Below, piece after piece: positions 1 through 13,830 of a stretch of DNA of 64,000 nucleotides. The DNA comes from Eledone cirrhosa (taxonomy: Eukaryota). The stretch spans positions 195,486,001 to 195,550,000 of the forward strand of contig OZ024743.1 of assembly GCA_964016885.1 (NCBI GenBank), given 5' to 3'. The translations under genes and the position numbers were made by a program. The notes under the pieces are model-generated. The model saw only the letters and a program-made list of their open reading frames with translations. It was not told where the DNA came from and made no database searches. Position 1 is the first letter of the stretch, and the number at the start of each line of letters is the position of its first letter.

Positions 1-142
1 AACTGACAATTCCCCATAAGATTTGTCTCGCAAACAGGCCCAGTAACTGTATAGGCTCAGAACTTATTCCTTAGATAACTAAATTCTTAATATCATCAAG
101 GGGCGGTACTAATAAAAATGAATGCTATAATATTTTCCGATT

Positions 143-340
143 GAAGTTGCACGTCCTAGTGGGTATGGTGTTGGATTTACAATCTTGGGACTCGTGGGTT
201 TTATTCCTGGACCGGCTGCCATGTTGTGTTCTGGAGTAAAAACTTTATTATAAAGATGAGTACAAAAAGTAACTGGGTGTTAACCCTATGATACACTGGA
301 GCCCTGGCTAAAGAGAGTATTTTATTCTTAGTCGCTTAAC
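143..340 (+). mobile_element. Decayed tRNA-derived SINE, family B
   Basis: Degenerate tRNA-like head followed by ttgtgttctggagtaaaa; similar to the reverse complement of 50900-51045. Confidence 0.4.
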
Positions 341-419
341 GTTAAAGAAAAAGCCGAGATCTTCACCGACTTTATGACATTCCGTGTTTGGGAAAGGCTT
401 TAACTAATATTTTCGATGC

Positions 420-638
420 ATAGTGGATTGTAAAGACCGGTAGAGCGAGAGACATCATGCTGTGAAGCATAAACTTATGGCCCTTTACGTTCTGAGTTCA
501 AATGCCACAGAGATTAGCATTGCCTTTCATCCTTATGGGCTCGATAAAATAAAGCCCCAATAATGCATTAGGATCGATTTAATCCACTTACCCCTCTCCC
601 AAAATTGCTGGTATTGTGCCTAAAGAAGAAACAATTAT
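420..638 (+). mobile_element. tRNA-derived SINE, family A
   Basis: B-box gagttcaaatgcc, central gcctttcatccttatgggctcgataaaataaag, tail ttgctggtattgtgcctaaag; same family as 26285-26469. Confidence 0.75.
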
Positions 639-1210
639 TTTTACGATATCATATGTGAAATATATTCAGAATTTGTATTAAGAATATGTGTATTACGACC
701 TCAAACTTAATGCTATTTTTGCTGCAATGCTTAGAATAATGGTTTCTGATTTAGGCACAAGACCAACAATGTTGGTGAAGCAGAAAGTCGATTAAATCGA
801 CCCCAGTGCATTATTGGTGCTTGGAGGCTCATGTGCATTACTACGTCTATGAGAGAAAGGATAAATATTTAAATTCAACGGGTCTTGTTTTTTCAACCTC
901 CTTTAGGCCATGGTTGACCAGATTTATCATTAGAAATGTTTTAGGCATTACCTTTCCTTCCTTTGTACAGACATAGTATTACAAGAAAAAGTTTTCAAAA
1001 GGAGGCCCGTATCCATATTTATGGATTTTCTTTTTTTCCATTTTCAAGTGTACTTTGCCTGATTTTCTCAATTACTAACTGTCATTACCAGTAGTTGTTA
1101 TAATCATCTACATTAGAACCACTAGATTTCATGTGTGATTCTGGATTCAGTCTCGCAGTGTGGCATCTTGGGCAAGTGTCCTCTACCAATGATCAACGTG
1201 TCGTGAGGCC

Positions 1211-1280
<70 letters not shown>

Positions 1281-1288
<8 letters not shown>

Positions 1289-1881
1289 ATTGACTTTCCT
1301 GATGACGGGATGTTTCTCTACACCTTCTTCGGAAGATGTATCTACTCCATTCCAGAAACTAATTAGTTGGAAGTGATATTTTAGTAAGTAAGTTAATTTT
1401 ATAATTTTCTTATCTTACGCCTCTTATATTATTGTTCTGCAACCCCATGCATTGAACCACAATGTTATTAAGACAAAACCTATATATTTGCTAGCATCGA
1501 TATGCATTTGTATGTATATATATGTTACTAGATATGAATTATTTATTATTATCTCCAAATCTTTTGTCGAGCAATACTGGCCATGACTGCTGCTACAGTA
1601 GTAGGCTGGCCGCTGTCTTATTAACAACCCACTTTCCACCGATTGACCTCGATGTCACGTGTTCGATTCTTTTTGAATTTGCCACGGACACAGAGGCAGT
1701 GATTTTCTCAATGGCTAGGAATTAAGTCCACGCTTTGCTATTTCCTATTCACTGATTTATTTTTTAATAAGCTTCCAGTGTCCTCGCTTTGCCTGGAAAC
1801 TTATATGAGAATTGACTTTCCTGATGACGGGATGTTTCTCTACACCTTCTTCGGAAGATGTATCTACTCCATTCCAGAAAC
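1281..1881 (+). mobile_element. HHR-containing non-coding element, one 522-bp unit plus the start of a second (retrozyme/Penelope pLTR-like)
   Basis: 1281-1359 repeats exactly at 1803-1881; starts at the end of a (TA)n tract. Confidence 0.65.
1293..1374 (+). ncRNA. Type I hammerhead ribozyme
   Basis: actttc-CTGATGA-long stem II (gggatg/cattcc, internal cUUCGg hairpin)-GAAAC taatta GTT-ggaagt; stems I and III pair. Confidence 0.7.
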
Positions 1882-1905
1882 GGCTTGAACTCTGCCGTCG
1901 GGGTC
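1814..1905 (+). ncRNA. Chimeric type I hammerhead motif
   Basis: 5' half identical to 1292-1359; after GAAAC it switches to ggcttgaactctgccGTCggggtc, resembling 25835-25863. Confidence 0.5.
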
Positions 1906-2068
1906 ATACTTTTTCCAATATGGCCTCAGCCGGATGGCTGAAACAGGTAAAAGAGTATATATATATATGTGTGTGTGTGTGTAAAAAGGTAAACAAAAAT
2001 AATAACACAATCGGTACAGTATATGGAAGGGATATATTAGGTTAACGCATGATATAGCAGGAAGACGG

Positions 2069-2104
2069 TCTTAACGTTTCGGACGCTAGTCCTTCATCAG
2101 AAGA
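2069..2104 (-). ncRNA. Minimal type I hammerhead ribozyme
   Basis: Minus strand: tctt-CTGATGA-a-ggac tagc gtcc-GAAAC GTT-aaga; palindromic stem III AACGTT. Confidence 0.6.
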
Positions 2105-2384
2105 AAGAATGAGAAATAAGATAGATTGAGTGGACGGGCGAGTTGGTATTGGAAAAATGTCTTTAGATAAAAATAACAGGTCCATTGATCTTGACAACTC
2201 TTATATATATATATATACATATAGAGAGAAGGGGGGGGGAGAGACGTGTGTGTGAGTGTGTACATGTGTACGTAGATCCCGAGTGAAACCGCGGGTACCC
2301 ACAGTAAATAAGGTACTCAATACATTAATAAAGTGAGAACGAAATTTAAGATAGAAATAGCATCTGCTTGACCATAACTGTTTT

Positions 2385-2433
2385 CATTCCTGATGTTTTC
2401 ATACGAATGAAACAGTTCTAGCCTTGTAGAAGC
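2385..2433 (+). ncRNA. Decayed hammerhead, family C
   Basis: CTGATGT...GAAAcagttctagccttgTA gaagc; homologous to 18391-18440 and 18991-19042. Confidence 0.4.
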
Positions 2434-2886
2434 CATTTCTATGTTAATATATTTATTTATCCATATGGGTGCGTAACAGTCCGTATCTGTCTTAACGTTT
2501 TTGTCTGTGCATGTGTTTATGCCATGTAACCTGGCACTTCGACAGAAAACGATCGTTCTTCAAAAATAACTACTGGGGACGCTATGATAGACTAACATCA
2601 AGAAGGTGTCCAGAGAAATAAATGAAATTGTATATATATATATATATATGTTAAGTATTTCCGTAGAAAAGGTAAAGGGAAAGAAGAGTGGTTTATGTAT
2701 AGTAAAGATCTATTTAATTAAGTAAAATGTAAATATATATATACATACATACATATACATATATATATATATATACCACTTCCTCAAGGAAATAACAGCA
2801 CAACCTGGAGCTGGACATATCGATGTATTGACGGAGTAAAACACACTTCAACAACATGTGTACCTGTCTTTCCCACACCAATTCGG

Positions 2887-2941
2887 ACTGCCTGAAGAGG
2901 TCACAGCCAATGATGGCTGTCACCGAAATATATATAGCAGT
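2887..2941 (+). ncRNA. Type I hammerhead ribozyme
   Basis: actgc-CTGAAGA-ggtcacagcca atga tggctgtcacc-GAAA tatata TA-gcagt; perfect stem I and long stem II; between TA tracts. Confidence 0.75.
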
Positions 2942-2997
2942 ATATCTATAATTTATAATAAACGAAGCCAAATTTTACATATTTAACTTAATTATTT

Positions 2998-3131
<134 letters not shown>

Positions 3132-3245
3132 ATAATTGGATACTTAGTAAAATCAAATCTCTGGCGGTGTGCAAGCAAATTCGGCCTACTATATGATTGA
3201 GTTAGCAAAGCACTCGACAAGGTAGGTGCTTAGAGTAATAATATG

Positions 3246-3365
<120 letters not shown>

Positions 3366-4849
3366 TATATGCATATATATATATTTAAGTATGAGAAAAA
3401 GTGATAAAAAGAACATGTATATTAATAAAGTATATACACTGATAAACAATACTCTCTGACTGTTACGATTTTGTGTCGGTCTCAACATTGTGTCAGTCAC
3501 AGTAGCACTCACCTTTATCAAGATGTGTACTTAGAAATTACATAAGCAGTGAAAACTATTGTGTATTTTGTAAAATTAGGGAATGTTCTTGTCGTAATCT
3601 ACACAATAGCCGGAAAATCAGAAATTGACCAATCAGAAAACAGAATTTTCAAGCAAGCAGTCAAGATCTTTGAAATATAGAATTTCGTATTGTTAACTAA
3701 TTGTCTGGCATTGTTCTCTTTGCAGTTAGGTGCTTCTCTGCAGTACTTACATGCTCCTGACACCGACCATGATATAAATATCTCTAGGCGTTTTAACGTC
3801 AATTCTGTATTCATGAATACCAATGGACTCTACAGATACCATACCTGAATACAGCTTATGCACAAGATTGTCGAATGAGAGAAATATATTTAGAAGATCT
3901 AGTGAACTTACAGAAGGTGGAAAGTAGATTATCTCCTAAAGATCAGAGTATAAAAATGACAGAAAGGTTTAATGTGAGGTCAACAATGTGAGGAACAGGA
4001 GACCATACCAGCTAGAAGGAAAGAAATAACATACAACTATCAGAAATATCTCCGCATTATAGTCGAAGAATGTAAATAAAGAATGACATTGCGAAAATTA
4101 AATCTAAGAAACAATAGATATATAGCTGGGAGCTTAATTAAGAAGGCCAGCATAAGTGGTTTTCATTATTGAATACATCTTAAGTTTCATTATCATTCAC
4201 AATTCTTTATTTTCGTTGGGCCATATATGGGAAAACAGCTTTGATCAGCTATATCAGAACTAGAATTCTTTGTATTAATCTCAAGGATATGTAGAAGAAT
4301 TGTTTCTAACATTATTCGTAGACAAAATGAATGAATAACTACTGCAAACAGACACACACAAAACAATAGACTAAAACAACTTTTGTTATAAATCATCGTA
4401 AGACTACATACACGTGTAATTGGATGATTGTATGTATTTTACAGAATATTGTGCGCGTAGTCTATTCTTATAAAAGTATTAGGTTACACCACTACATGTG
4501 TGTATGCGCACATTTCAACATGTATCTGAATATGTGCTGTGAGATGTGAAGAAAAACATGTTGGATGTAGAATTGCAATATTTCAATGATAACTACAGCA
4601 CATTTACTAAATTAAGAAAACAAAATATTTTTCCTTTTTCTTTCACTTCTATTTTCTTTCCTATTTTTCAAAATCTGTCTGCTCCTATTCCCTTTTCCCC
4701 AATCACTCTTTTCTTTTCACCATTATATCCTTTTCTTCTTACACATCATAAACTAGTTTATTTCTTTTCTGCGTTTTCTTTTTATTTTACATTTACTATA
4801 TTTTCTTATTACCAATACATAGAAATGTTAGAAATACAAACATTTTCAA

Positions 4850-5400
4850 GCTTGCCAATCTTTCAAAGTAGATGAGAAACCTGATTGTCCGGAATATAAC
4901 AGGGCTTTCTTTGTCTGAGTGAATTAATCAATAACAACGTGAATTTTTTTTAATGTCTTTGGGGGAAATGTTACATTTTGGAATGAATCCATAGTATTAT
5001 CTTTTATCATCAGTAATCTGGCAACTTTATCATATTATTCTAAACGAAAACCTGTTCAGTAAATAGTCTGAGCAGCTTAATTTCAGCATGTCACTAACAT
5101 AATTTATTTTGTTGTCTTTGTTCTAATAATTTGATATCTTCAAAACAAGTCTGTAATAAGATTCTGCTTGTTTATTTTCTTCCTTGATATTTCCAGGAGA
5201 TATTGATGCTATACTTACATAGTAACTGTCATGGAGAATCATTTCCTCTATATCTCCAGCCCTGTCATAGTAATCTTTAGAGGTTTCAACCACTAAAAAG
5301 TTGATTACAGATGTACTATCAACGACGAAGTCGAAGGCATATGTTCTGTTTAGCATCGAGAACAATATCTATAAACATTAAATTGTTCTAGGAAAAATTA
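4850..5400 (-). pseudogene. Possible heavily decayed Penelope-like reverse transcriptase fragment
   Basis: Minus-strand peptides FLVVETSKDYYDRAG..ILHDSYY..SP, then YYGFIPK, resemble the order of PLE RT motifs (VV..DY....L.D..Y..DP; YGLPK); many disruptions. Confidence 0.35.
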
Positions 5401-5940
5401 GAATTGTGAAATTTTTAGGAGTGGTAAACATTGAGCTATATCCGAAAATAATCTTTGACCCTCCGTCCATCAAATACCATTAGTACGACCTTGACGACAG
5501 GCGTGTTGATGGTATTAAGTATTTTTTTCTAGCAATTATGTTCTGTTCGTTGAATAAATGCTTTCCACCATCCTTTTAAGTCATCTCATGCTTTGTGAAA
5601 GAAATTATGTAAATGAGAACAGTACAGGTCCCCATCAGATAGATTTCACCTTTTCTTAGTAGATCGAAATAATTTTTATTTTAAACTACACCCTGTCGTT
5701 TAACTGAGTTTGTTTGTTCATCTTGATGAGCTGCTTCCGATAACAGTAAAATTAAAGTCGTAGTTTCTTTCTACTCGGCCAAGAGCAGAAAAATCTGAAT
5801 TAGGTAGAGTTTTACGAGACAAAATTGTAACACATACTGAAAACGACAGGACACAAATGTGGGGTAGGAGCATTCCTGTTTGCGTTAAGTGAACATGTCT
5901 TTCCCAAGAAAAAACAACAAAAAGGATGTAATAAAGCAAA

Positions 5941-6130
5941 TTATTGTTTCTACTTTCGGCACAAGGCCAGCAATTACCCAGTGTAGTACTGGTACTTTTA
6001 TTTTATCGACCCCGTAAGGATGAAAGGCAAAGTCAACCTCGGCGGGATTTGAACTCCGATCGTAAAGGGACGTAACTATGCTGGAAAGAATGGCGTCCGA
6101 ACCTCTACCGATACTGCCAATCCACCGCCC
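5941..6130 (-). mobile_element. SINE family A, full length
   Basis: Full match to consensus; TSD taataaagcaaa at 5929-5940 and 6131-6142. Confidence 0.85.
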
Positions 6131-6531
6131 TAATAAAGCAAATAATACTCCCAAAACTGTAGAGACGAAGACGAATCCCTATATCACATTATTTCATGAC
6201 TGGCTAGTTTTAACCCAAAATATATCTGTATGCATAATAATATGAGGTTTTCATGCAATGGATGTCTGCCAGCATTATAAATTACTAACAGAAAATATGT
6301 CGTGTAAAAATACAAAGCATCATATTGCAGAGATTAGCAAACAGTTCCTACTCTGGGATATACCAGTAAACAAATACGGAAATCTATGCCAATTGACCTC
6401 ATATTATTATTAAGAAGAGCCGTTAAAATAAGGTACCAGTAAGTCACTGCGGTCGAATTAATTGACATTTCCCTTTCTTTCAAATTGCTGGCCTTGTGCC
6501 AAATGTAAAAATAATTATTAAGAAACAGAGA

Positions 6532-6718
6532 GGAGGATTGGCAGCATTGGTACAGTGGCGAACACCAACCTTCCCTTTATGTTCTGATTTCATATCCCAA
6601 CGCGATTAACTTTGGCTTTCATCCTTACGGTGTCAACAAAATAAAGTACCAGGAACGTTCAGGGGTCAATTTAATCAACTTCTCCCACACCCCAAAGTCT
6701 TGTGCCTAAATCAGAAAA
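6532..6718 (+). mobile_element. SINE family A, diverged
   Basis: ggattggcagcattgg head; ctttcatccttacggtgtcaacaaaataaagtaccag core. Confidence 0.65.
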
Positions 6719-7043
6719 ATGGATCCTTTGGGATTTATCAAGACAGAGGGGTATCAAGTATCTCTCAAAGAAATATAAAAATTATCAAAATATAAATATC
6801 TAGAAATATATAATCCTTATAGATAATCCACTGAAATGGGAAATAATTATTATACTAATAGGTGGCTTTAGAACAAATAAAGTATCATATAGACAAATAC
6901 ATAAACACGCACATACAACTCCCCACCCCATCTGTATATATATATACATATATATAGTAATAATAATAAATTTGAAGACTAAAATCCAAAGAGGGCTCGA
7001 TAAGGATAAATATATATCGGATATATAAGAACCGTAGAGCAAA

Positions 7044-7208
7044 TATTTATTAAAATAACAGATTAAAGTTTAAGCAAAGAATCGCTGCTTTCACCCTAAA
7101 CGGGATCTTCTGAAACTAAAAAAGGACTTTTTTTATTTTCAGAAGATCCCGTTAAGGGTGAAAGCAGCGATTCTTTGGTTAAACTTTAATCTGTTATTTT
7201 AATAAATA
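7044..7208. repeat. Palindromic element (~71-bp arms) with an HHR-like motif; related sequence at 62022-62201
   Basis: Arms 7044-7114 and 7137-7208 are near reverse complements; contains CAGAAGA-tccc gttaa gggt-GAAA. Confidence 0.65.
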
Positions 7209-7445
7209 TATATATATATATATATACAAGAAGGTATTTCAGCATAATCGAAGCTCTGATTGCGGGCAAGCTAACGAATGGTGTCGGGAAGTGCAGCCAA
7301 AAGCACTCAATAAGGAATTTTATCTTAGAGTTATAACATTACGTTTGGACAGTTATGCAAGTGAAGCCAGCGAGCGAAAAGCGAGCCGCTAGGACCAGAA
7401 CAACAAAAAAACTGACCCAGGGAAAAGTTTGACTGTTACACACAC

Positions 7446-7527
<82 letters not shown>

Positions 7528-8791
7528 AAAAAGGAAAAGAAAATGGTGACAAATTTTTCCCAGTGAAAAATAATTTAGAGAAAAGACCAGCAATTTCAGA
7601 AGAATGTCGATTGACTCAGTGTACGGAAGGATGAAAGGCAAAGTCCATTTTGTTGCGCGTTGAAGTCAGAACGATTCGGAAAACAATATAATAAATATTC
7701 TCTCCGACGCTCTCACCATCCTGCCAATCCAGACAAAAACAATTTGCATCATAGGATGAGAAGCACAGGTCTCAATGCTAGGACCAAAGTATTATTCACT
7801 TTGACATAGGATGGCAGCTTTGTTGCCAGCAACTGACAAATGTATTTAGTTAAGAAGAATATATTACGTAAATGTACAATGTGTGGATATGATGAAGAAA
7901 AAACACTTTGCCACTGCTTGCTCGTTCTTTTCTCCTAATCTTGGAGGTTCATCAGTCTGTAGCTTATACCGGCTTCCTCAACATTTAGTGACTAAAAGTA
8001 GAAGACTCCTCCCTGGAGAGAACGCCAGTCTATCGAAGGATTAACTCCCAGCTACTGCTGATATTTATTTTCTACTAAGCACAATAGAGCAACGTGTAAT
8101 GAAGTAGTGTACTCCAAAATACAAGGTGCCACGCGATCCAAGAATCGAACTCAGGATATTTTCATCGTGTATCTAACATCCGAATCACTATTCCACGCCC
8201 CTTTGTATGACTGTCCAGTCTTAGTCTCGACTTGATATGCAGGAAGACGGAGGAGAGGTTAACAAATTTGTAAAATAAGCCAATATTATGAAATATCAGC
8301 AAAAAAAAAAAGCGATGCTATAAGTAGACACGAAAATATGTTTCAGTGAACATTAAAGTGACTATATTCCCGGTTTGTACCTAAATGACATAACAACTGA
8401 CTCTATTCAGCCACATATGTTCACGAAGCACCAACAACGTATGTTCTTCCTAATTCAAGCATCAGTTCCAACATTTTATAATCTATCATTCGAAGAATTA
8501 TCCAAATACAAAGATGTGGGAATGGAGATACCTCGAAAGTGAGGGCTATAAACACACATTATCCTGCATTGGGAATGATGGAAATCATGTAGTCACACAC
8601 ATAACAGACACCCCAGGAATCATATATATGCAAAGCATACATAATATAGCACTGTAAACATATTTTCTAGATTAATTTCAATATAATAATAAAATATAGA
8701 CAGTGAAATATGCTGCGAATACCCAAAGCACGGACAGCTATGCTCGATAGTGAAGTGAAAGCACGGAATAGACATAACATTTCTAAAAAAC

Positions 8792-8957
8792 TAGCAGCAG
8801 CAGCAGTAGTGGTAGTAGTAGTAGTAGTAGTGGTGGTGGTGGTGGTGGTGGTAGTGGTGGTGTTGGTGGTTTTGATGGTGGTGGTAGTAGTGGTGGTAGT
8901 GGTGGTAGTGGTGGTAGTGGTGGTAATGTTGGTGGTAGTGGTGGTGGTGTTGGTAGT

Positions 8958-8996
<39 letters not shown>

Positions 8997-9009
8997 CAGT
9001 AGTAGTAGC

Positions 9010-9067
<58 letters not shown>

Positions 9068-9317
9068 CTGGTGCTGGTGCTGGTGGTAGTAGTGGTGGTG
9101 GTGGTAGTAGTGGTGGTGGTGATGGTAGTGGTGGTAGTAGTGGTGGTGGTGGTGATAGTGGTGGTGGTGGTGTTGCTGGTGGTGGTGGTGGTTTCGATGG
9201 TGGTGGTGGAGGTAGTAGTGGTGGTGGTAGTGTTGGTAGTAGTAGTAGTATTAGTAGTAATAGTAGAAACAGCAGCGGCAGTAGTAGTAGCAGCTTCAGA
9301 AGCAGTAGTAGTAGTAG
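8792..9317. repeat. Compound (GTA/GTG/GCA)n trinucleotide microsatellite
   Basis: Seen directly; source of the poly-V/S/G ORFs. Confidence 0.95.
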
Positions 9318-10034
9318 CCTGCTGTTAAAAAATACAAAGTAGCTCTCCTAGAAAGAAACCATATACTTGAGAAAATGTTATCTAAAGGCGAGAAAATAAC
9401 TCATTTAAAATGAACGACAAACAGATACAAATAAATACACGTCTTGACAAAGCAGTGTTACTAACAAATGCTTAGTAAACGTATACATACAGTCAGACAC
9501 GAAAGCAGGCGATTAAGGACGCACAATAAAAAACATACGCAGTTATATATTATTGTAATACACAATACTGACAATTACATTCTTGTATGGCAAGAAAAAA
9601 TGAAACACACTAACTGAAATACAAGATAATAATTCTTACGAATTATTTTTATCTAAAGAAAGAATTATTATAATTATCGTCTTTTAATGTAATAACAATA
9701 GCGACGTCTAATATAGTCAGAAGGTTACGTAATGTCGCTAATGTCCGTCCAGAGTACTAGACTCGTACTAATTTTGTCGACCGCGAAACCATGTAAAAGA
9801 AAATCGACCACATTGAAATTCGAAATAAATACGTACAGAGAGTCGAGATTTGTTCTTACAATACTCCTCGCCCCTCCTCTTTGTGGCAATAAGATTTATG
9901 TTTATTTTTATTTATGTATTTCTCAAAATGAGTGCTTTTGAGAATAATTACGTATAACCACCTGTAGTAGTATAAATATACATGAATTATAAATTATACA
10001 CAGACCACACACATGTCTCGCCTGCTCTCTTTCT

Positions 10035-10088
<54 letters not shown>

Positions 10089-11526
10089 CTGGAACTGCTT
10101 GCACATTGGACCTGATGTCTCTAAAATTTATAGCCGGAAAAAGTGTATCAAATAATGTGGAAATCGATAGAAGACTGACCGAATTAGCCCCCACCTCACT
10201 CTCAGAATGGAATGAAACAGATGAACAGGAGGGCGGTGTGTACCAGTGTATAGAGAAGAGAAGCAACTAGTGAATAACGCAATGTAGTTCCAGTTTGAAG
10301 AATAGTTTGAAGAATATATTAAATAACTTGGTTTTCTTCAGTCTTGAGAGGCAATATGAAAACACCCAGAGGAGTTTCATCAAAGCGAAGTAATCTCAGA
10401 AATATTTCATTCTTCTGTGCTGAAGAGAGGACTTTCGCTTTTATCTCCACTTTCATAGGCTGATGTATTGTACAAGTGAGTGTAAGGGGAGTGTGCCTCG
10501 AGAAAGACAGCTGAAGGATATTTGTTTCGAATTGTGCAGGGGTGGATTTCATTTCTAAAGCTAATTCTATTTTTTTGGTTCCTCTCTATTCTCATCATTT
10601 TCCTTAATTATTTAAATTTATTTTTCATCTTTTTTTGTAGTGACTACGTGTTTAGTGTTAGATGTGTTTCCATGGTGAATAAAGGGCTTATTTATATTTG
10701 ATTTCTTTGTTGGCTGAATGCGATTTTTCTAAATTATCGTCTAGATTAGGAGATGTTTTCTTGAAAGTATGTATCACGATACTGCCAGTGGCATTAGCTA
10801 TCTTAAGTTGGACAAGGTTTCTTCAATCATTTTGCTTGGGATATATATGACATATATGTCACTATACGTATGTCATCAATGTATGTTGTCGATATTTAGT
10901 GAATAGTTTTCTTGTTTCTTTTTCTAGTTCATTTGTTGTTTGTTTGTTTTTTTGGTTTTTTATTTATCATGTCTGGGACATTCCAATTTGCATGGTTCCC
11001 TTCTATGCTTTCTTAAAAACGTTGAAATATTTTTTCCTGTTGAGTACTTTTATCCTAGCTCGCTGGATACGTTCGCTTTCGCTGATAGCCCCGTAATCTA
11101 TATAACTCGTCTGGGCCTAGGGCTCGATGGTAATGGGGCTGTGCCACACAGACAAAACCGTAAAAGCATTCCTGTGGACTCTGGCCAGCGACACCCACTG
11201 TAACAGCCAACCCAATTCACAGAGTTCCTCAGACGAAGCGACAACGTTCCGATCTTGAGTAGGAACTTGTCAGTACAGGGCCAAGTATTCATTTAATGTA
11301 TATCTGTTATTAGTAGTATTATTATCCTCATTATTTTGTGTAGAGGATCTAATGAAATGACGTATGGTATTTATTTATCTCTTTTGTGTTCTGAGTTTAA
11401 CCCCCTCCCCGACAATATTTTATTTCTTATCCTTATAGAGTGGATAACATATATGCCAGTAACCATATTTCAGTAGTCAGAGTAGACCAAAAGAAACTCT
11501 CAAACACACACACACACACGCACACA

Positions 11527-11699
<173 letters not shown>

Positions 11700-11786
11700 A
11701 TATATACTATCCCGATGTGTTCCAAAAGTAACGGTTGCATTTCGTAAGGGTATGTCAATATTTATTTATAAAACTGGTATATATTG

Positions 11787-11851
11787 TATTTTGTCTGATG
11801 AAAGCATACCATAATTTAACATGGTATCCTTGAAATATGTATAATAAAATA
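11787..11851 (+). ncRNA. Type I hammerhead ribozyme, family X (element ~11740-11980)
   Basis: tattttgt-CTGATGA-aagcatacca..tggtatcctt-GAAA tatgta TA-ataaaata. Confidence 0.7.
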
Positions 11852-12059
11852 GATATGGTTTTATAAATATAGTTTCCATTTGTTAATATCGTATATTTAC
11901 TCCAAATACTTGTCGAGTGCTATATATCAGTTATAAAAATATTTGCTTGTTGTATCCCAACAATTTAAATAGAACTTTGCATATATATATATATATATAT
12001 ATATAAATTAATAAAATAATGAATAAACAAAGAAACAGTTCCTTATATTAAAAAAATTC

Positions 12060-12199
12060 ATCATTTTACGATCGTTTCTAGGATATATATGTGTTAGAGT
12101 TGGTATGCATATTCTATAGATCTATGTACAATATGTATACAAACTATCAGAGGGAATATACATACCTACATATATATATATGCTGTCTTCAGAAATAAT
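12060..12199 (-). ncRNA. Type I hammerhead with very long stem II
   Basis: Minus strand: attattt-CTGAAGA-(~107 nt, ends pairing)-GAAAC gatc GTA-aaatgat. Confidence 0.55.
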
Positions 12200-12494
12200 G
12201 ATATTTGTTTATTGAAAAAAACAAAGATTCAATACAATAGGTCTGTTTGGGAACAGGTTTTGAATTGACCAATAGAGAGATAGTGAGGGTCAGGATAGTA
12301 ATATAGTAGTAGAAGAACCTTAAATTATGGGTAGAGGAAGGTAGATTTCAGTTTTGGATTATATTATTAATTTATCTTGACTCTGTTTTCCGTTTATTTT
12401 TCACCGAAAGTAGTTTTTGAATGCATCTTCTCTTTTCATGATATCCGGATTACATTGAGTTCTTCATACGGATTGGACACTACCGTAGATTTTT

Positions 12495-12542
<48 letters not shown>

Positions 12543-12805
12543 CATATATATAGAGAAGAACACATAGAGGTATGTGTTTAAAGATATGGTATAGAAAACC
12601 ACCTGAGTGTTGAACATATAACGTGAGTCTTTAACTCCGCTTAATTTGATATTTATATATAATTTGATACACACACACACACACAGACATATATGTATAT
12701 AAGATATTAGAGTAAGCGATTATAATATGAACCTGACGCGAAGCAGATTATGATTGACATATTATTGTTTCTGCTTTTGTATTGTTACTTTTGTTTTTGT
12801 TCTTT

Positions 12806-13100
12806 ATGATAATGATGACGGTGTGTGGTGGTGGTTGTGGTGATGATGATCATGATGATGGTGGTGGGTGTGGTGAAAAGGATGATGGTGTATGACGATG
12901 ATGGTGGTGGTTGTGATGATGTTGGTGGTGAGGATGATGATGATGTTGATGATGATGATGTTGATGAATATGATGAGGATGATGAGGATGATAGTCATGA
13001 TGCGGATAATGAATGGTGATGATGGTAATGATGATGACGATGACGATGACGACGACAATGAAGATGATGATGGCGATAATACTGAATGCGACGATGACGA
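12806..13100. repeat. Compound (GAT/GGT/GAC)n microsatellite
   Basis: Seen directly. Confidence 0.9.
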
Positions 13101-13796
13101 TAAAAACCGAAGAACACTTGTGACCCTCTCTTTTATAAACCGTCATTTGGTACCGAAGTAAAACACTTCAGTCGTGCTTAATCTGAAACAAATGTACAGA
13201 GAAAAAGCACACTCTTTCTCATTTTCAGAAATGTAATTGATAAATCGTGATTTCCGAGGAAATTGAAACAGAAGCACGTTAAGGTAACATAATTACAAAT
13301 ACAGACAAAAATATAACAAAACACGTAATTGCTTTGTGTAATTCCATACCCGTATCTTCATCTAGTTGACAACATCTATAGTATTTGATTTACGAAACTA
13401 TCTAACGTATTTCCGGTTTTATTTAATTATTTTTAAAAATTCTCACTTTTGCTATATATGGATAAAATTAGTAATCTTTCAATAAACATTTAATCAAGCA
13501 ATCAACACGACTGTGAGAAATTTCCCAGCGATATCTTCAGCATGAACGTGAAGTTAAATGAGTGCTAACACTTAAAGTAGTGGACCCGTAAAAGCTGTTT
13601 TATTAATCAAGTTTATATCCGTAATGAAAACAAAAATGAATTTCTTAAATTAGCAATTCGGTTTACGATAGGTAACGAGGGAGGGCACCTACGTCTTTTA
13701 TTCAAATTAATGATTTTGTGTTTTGTTTTCCGGAGTCGTGGTGCTAGTGGTCATATAATAAGCTGTGTTCATTTACTAAGCGCAGTAAACAATTTT

Positions 13797-13830
13797 GAAT
13801 GTATTTCGGTCTATTAGACCTCATCAGCTT
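13797..13830 (-). ncRNA. Partial hammerhead motif
   Basis: CTGATGA-ggtc taata gacc-GAAA intact, but stem I does not pair. Confidence 0.3.

Noticed and set aside
3455-3530. Minus-strand TTGATAA..GACAC..GTA hammerhead-like remnant
   Set aside because: GAAA is mutated and stem I is unpaired; too degenerate to call
7915-7962. Minus-strand CTGATGA..GAAA motif
   Set aside because: No stem III, cleavage triplet or stem I pairing
8710-9342. 210-aa ORF rich in V/S/G
   Set aside because: It is the translation of a trinucleotide microsatellite, with no domain or gene context
13515-13546. Minus-strand CTGAAGA..GAAA motif
   Set aside because: Stems I and II do not pair; likely chance
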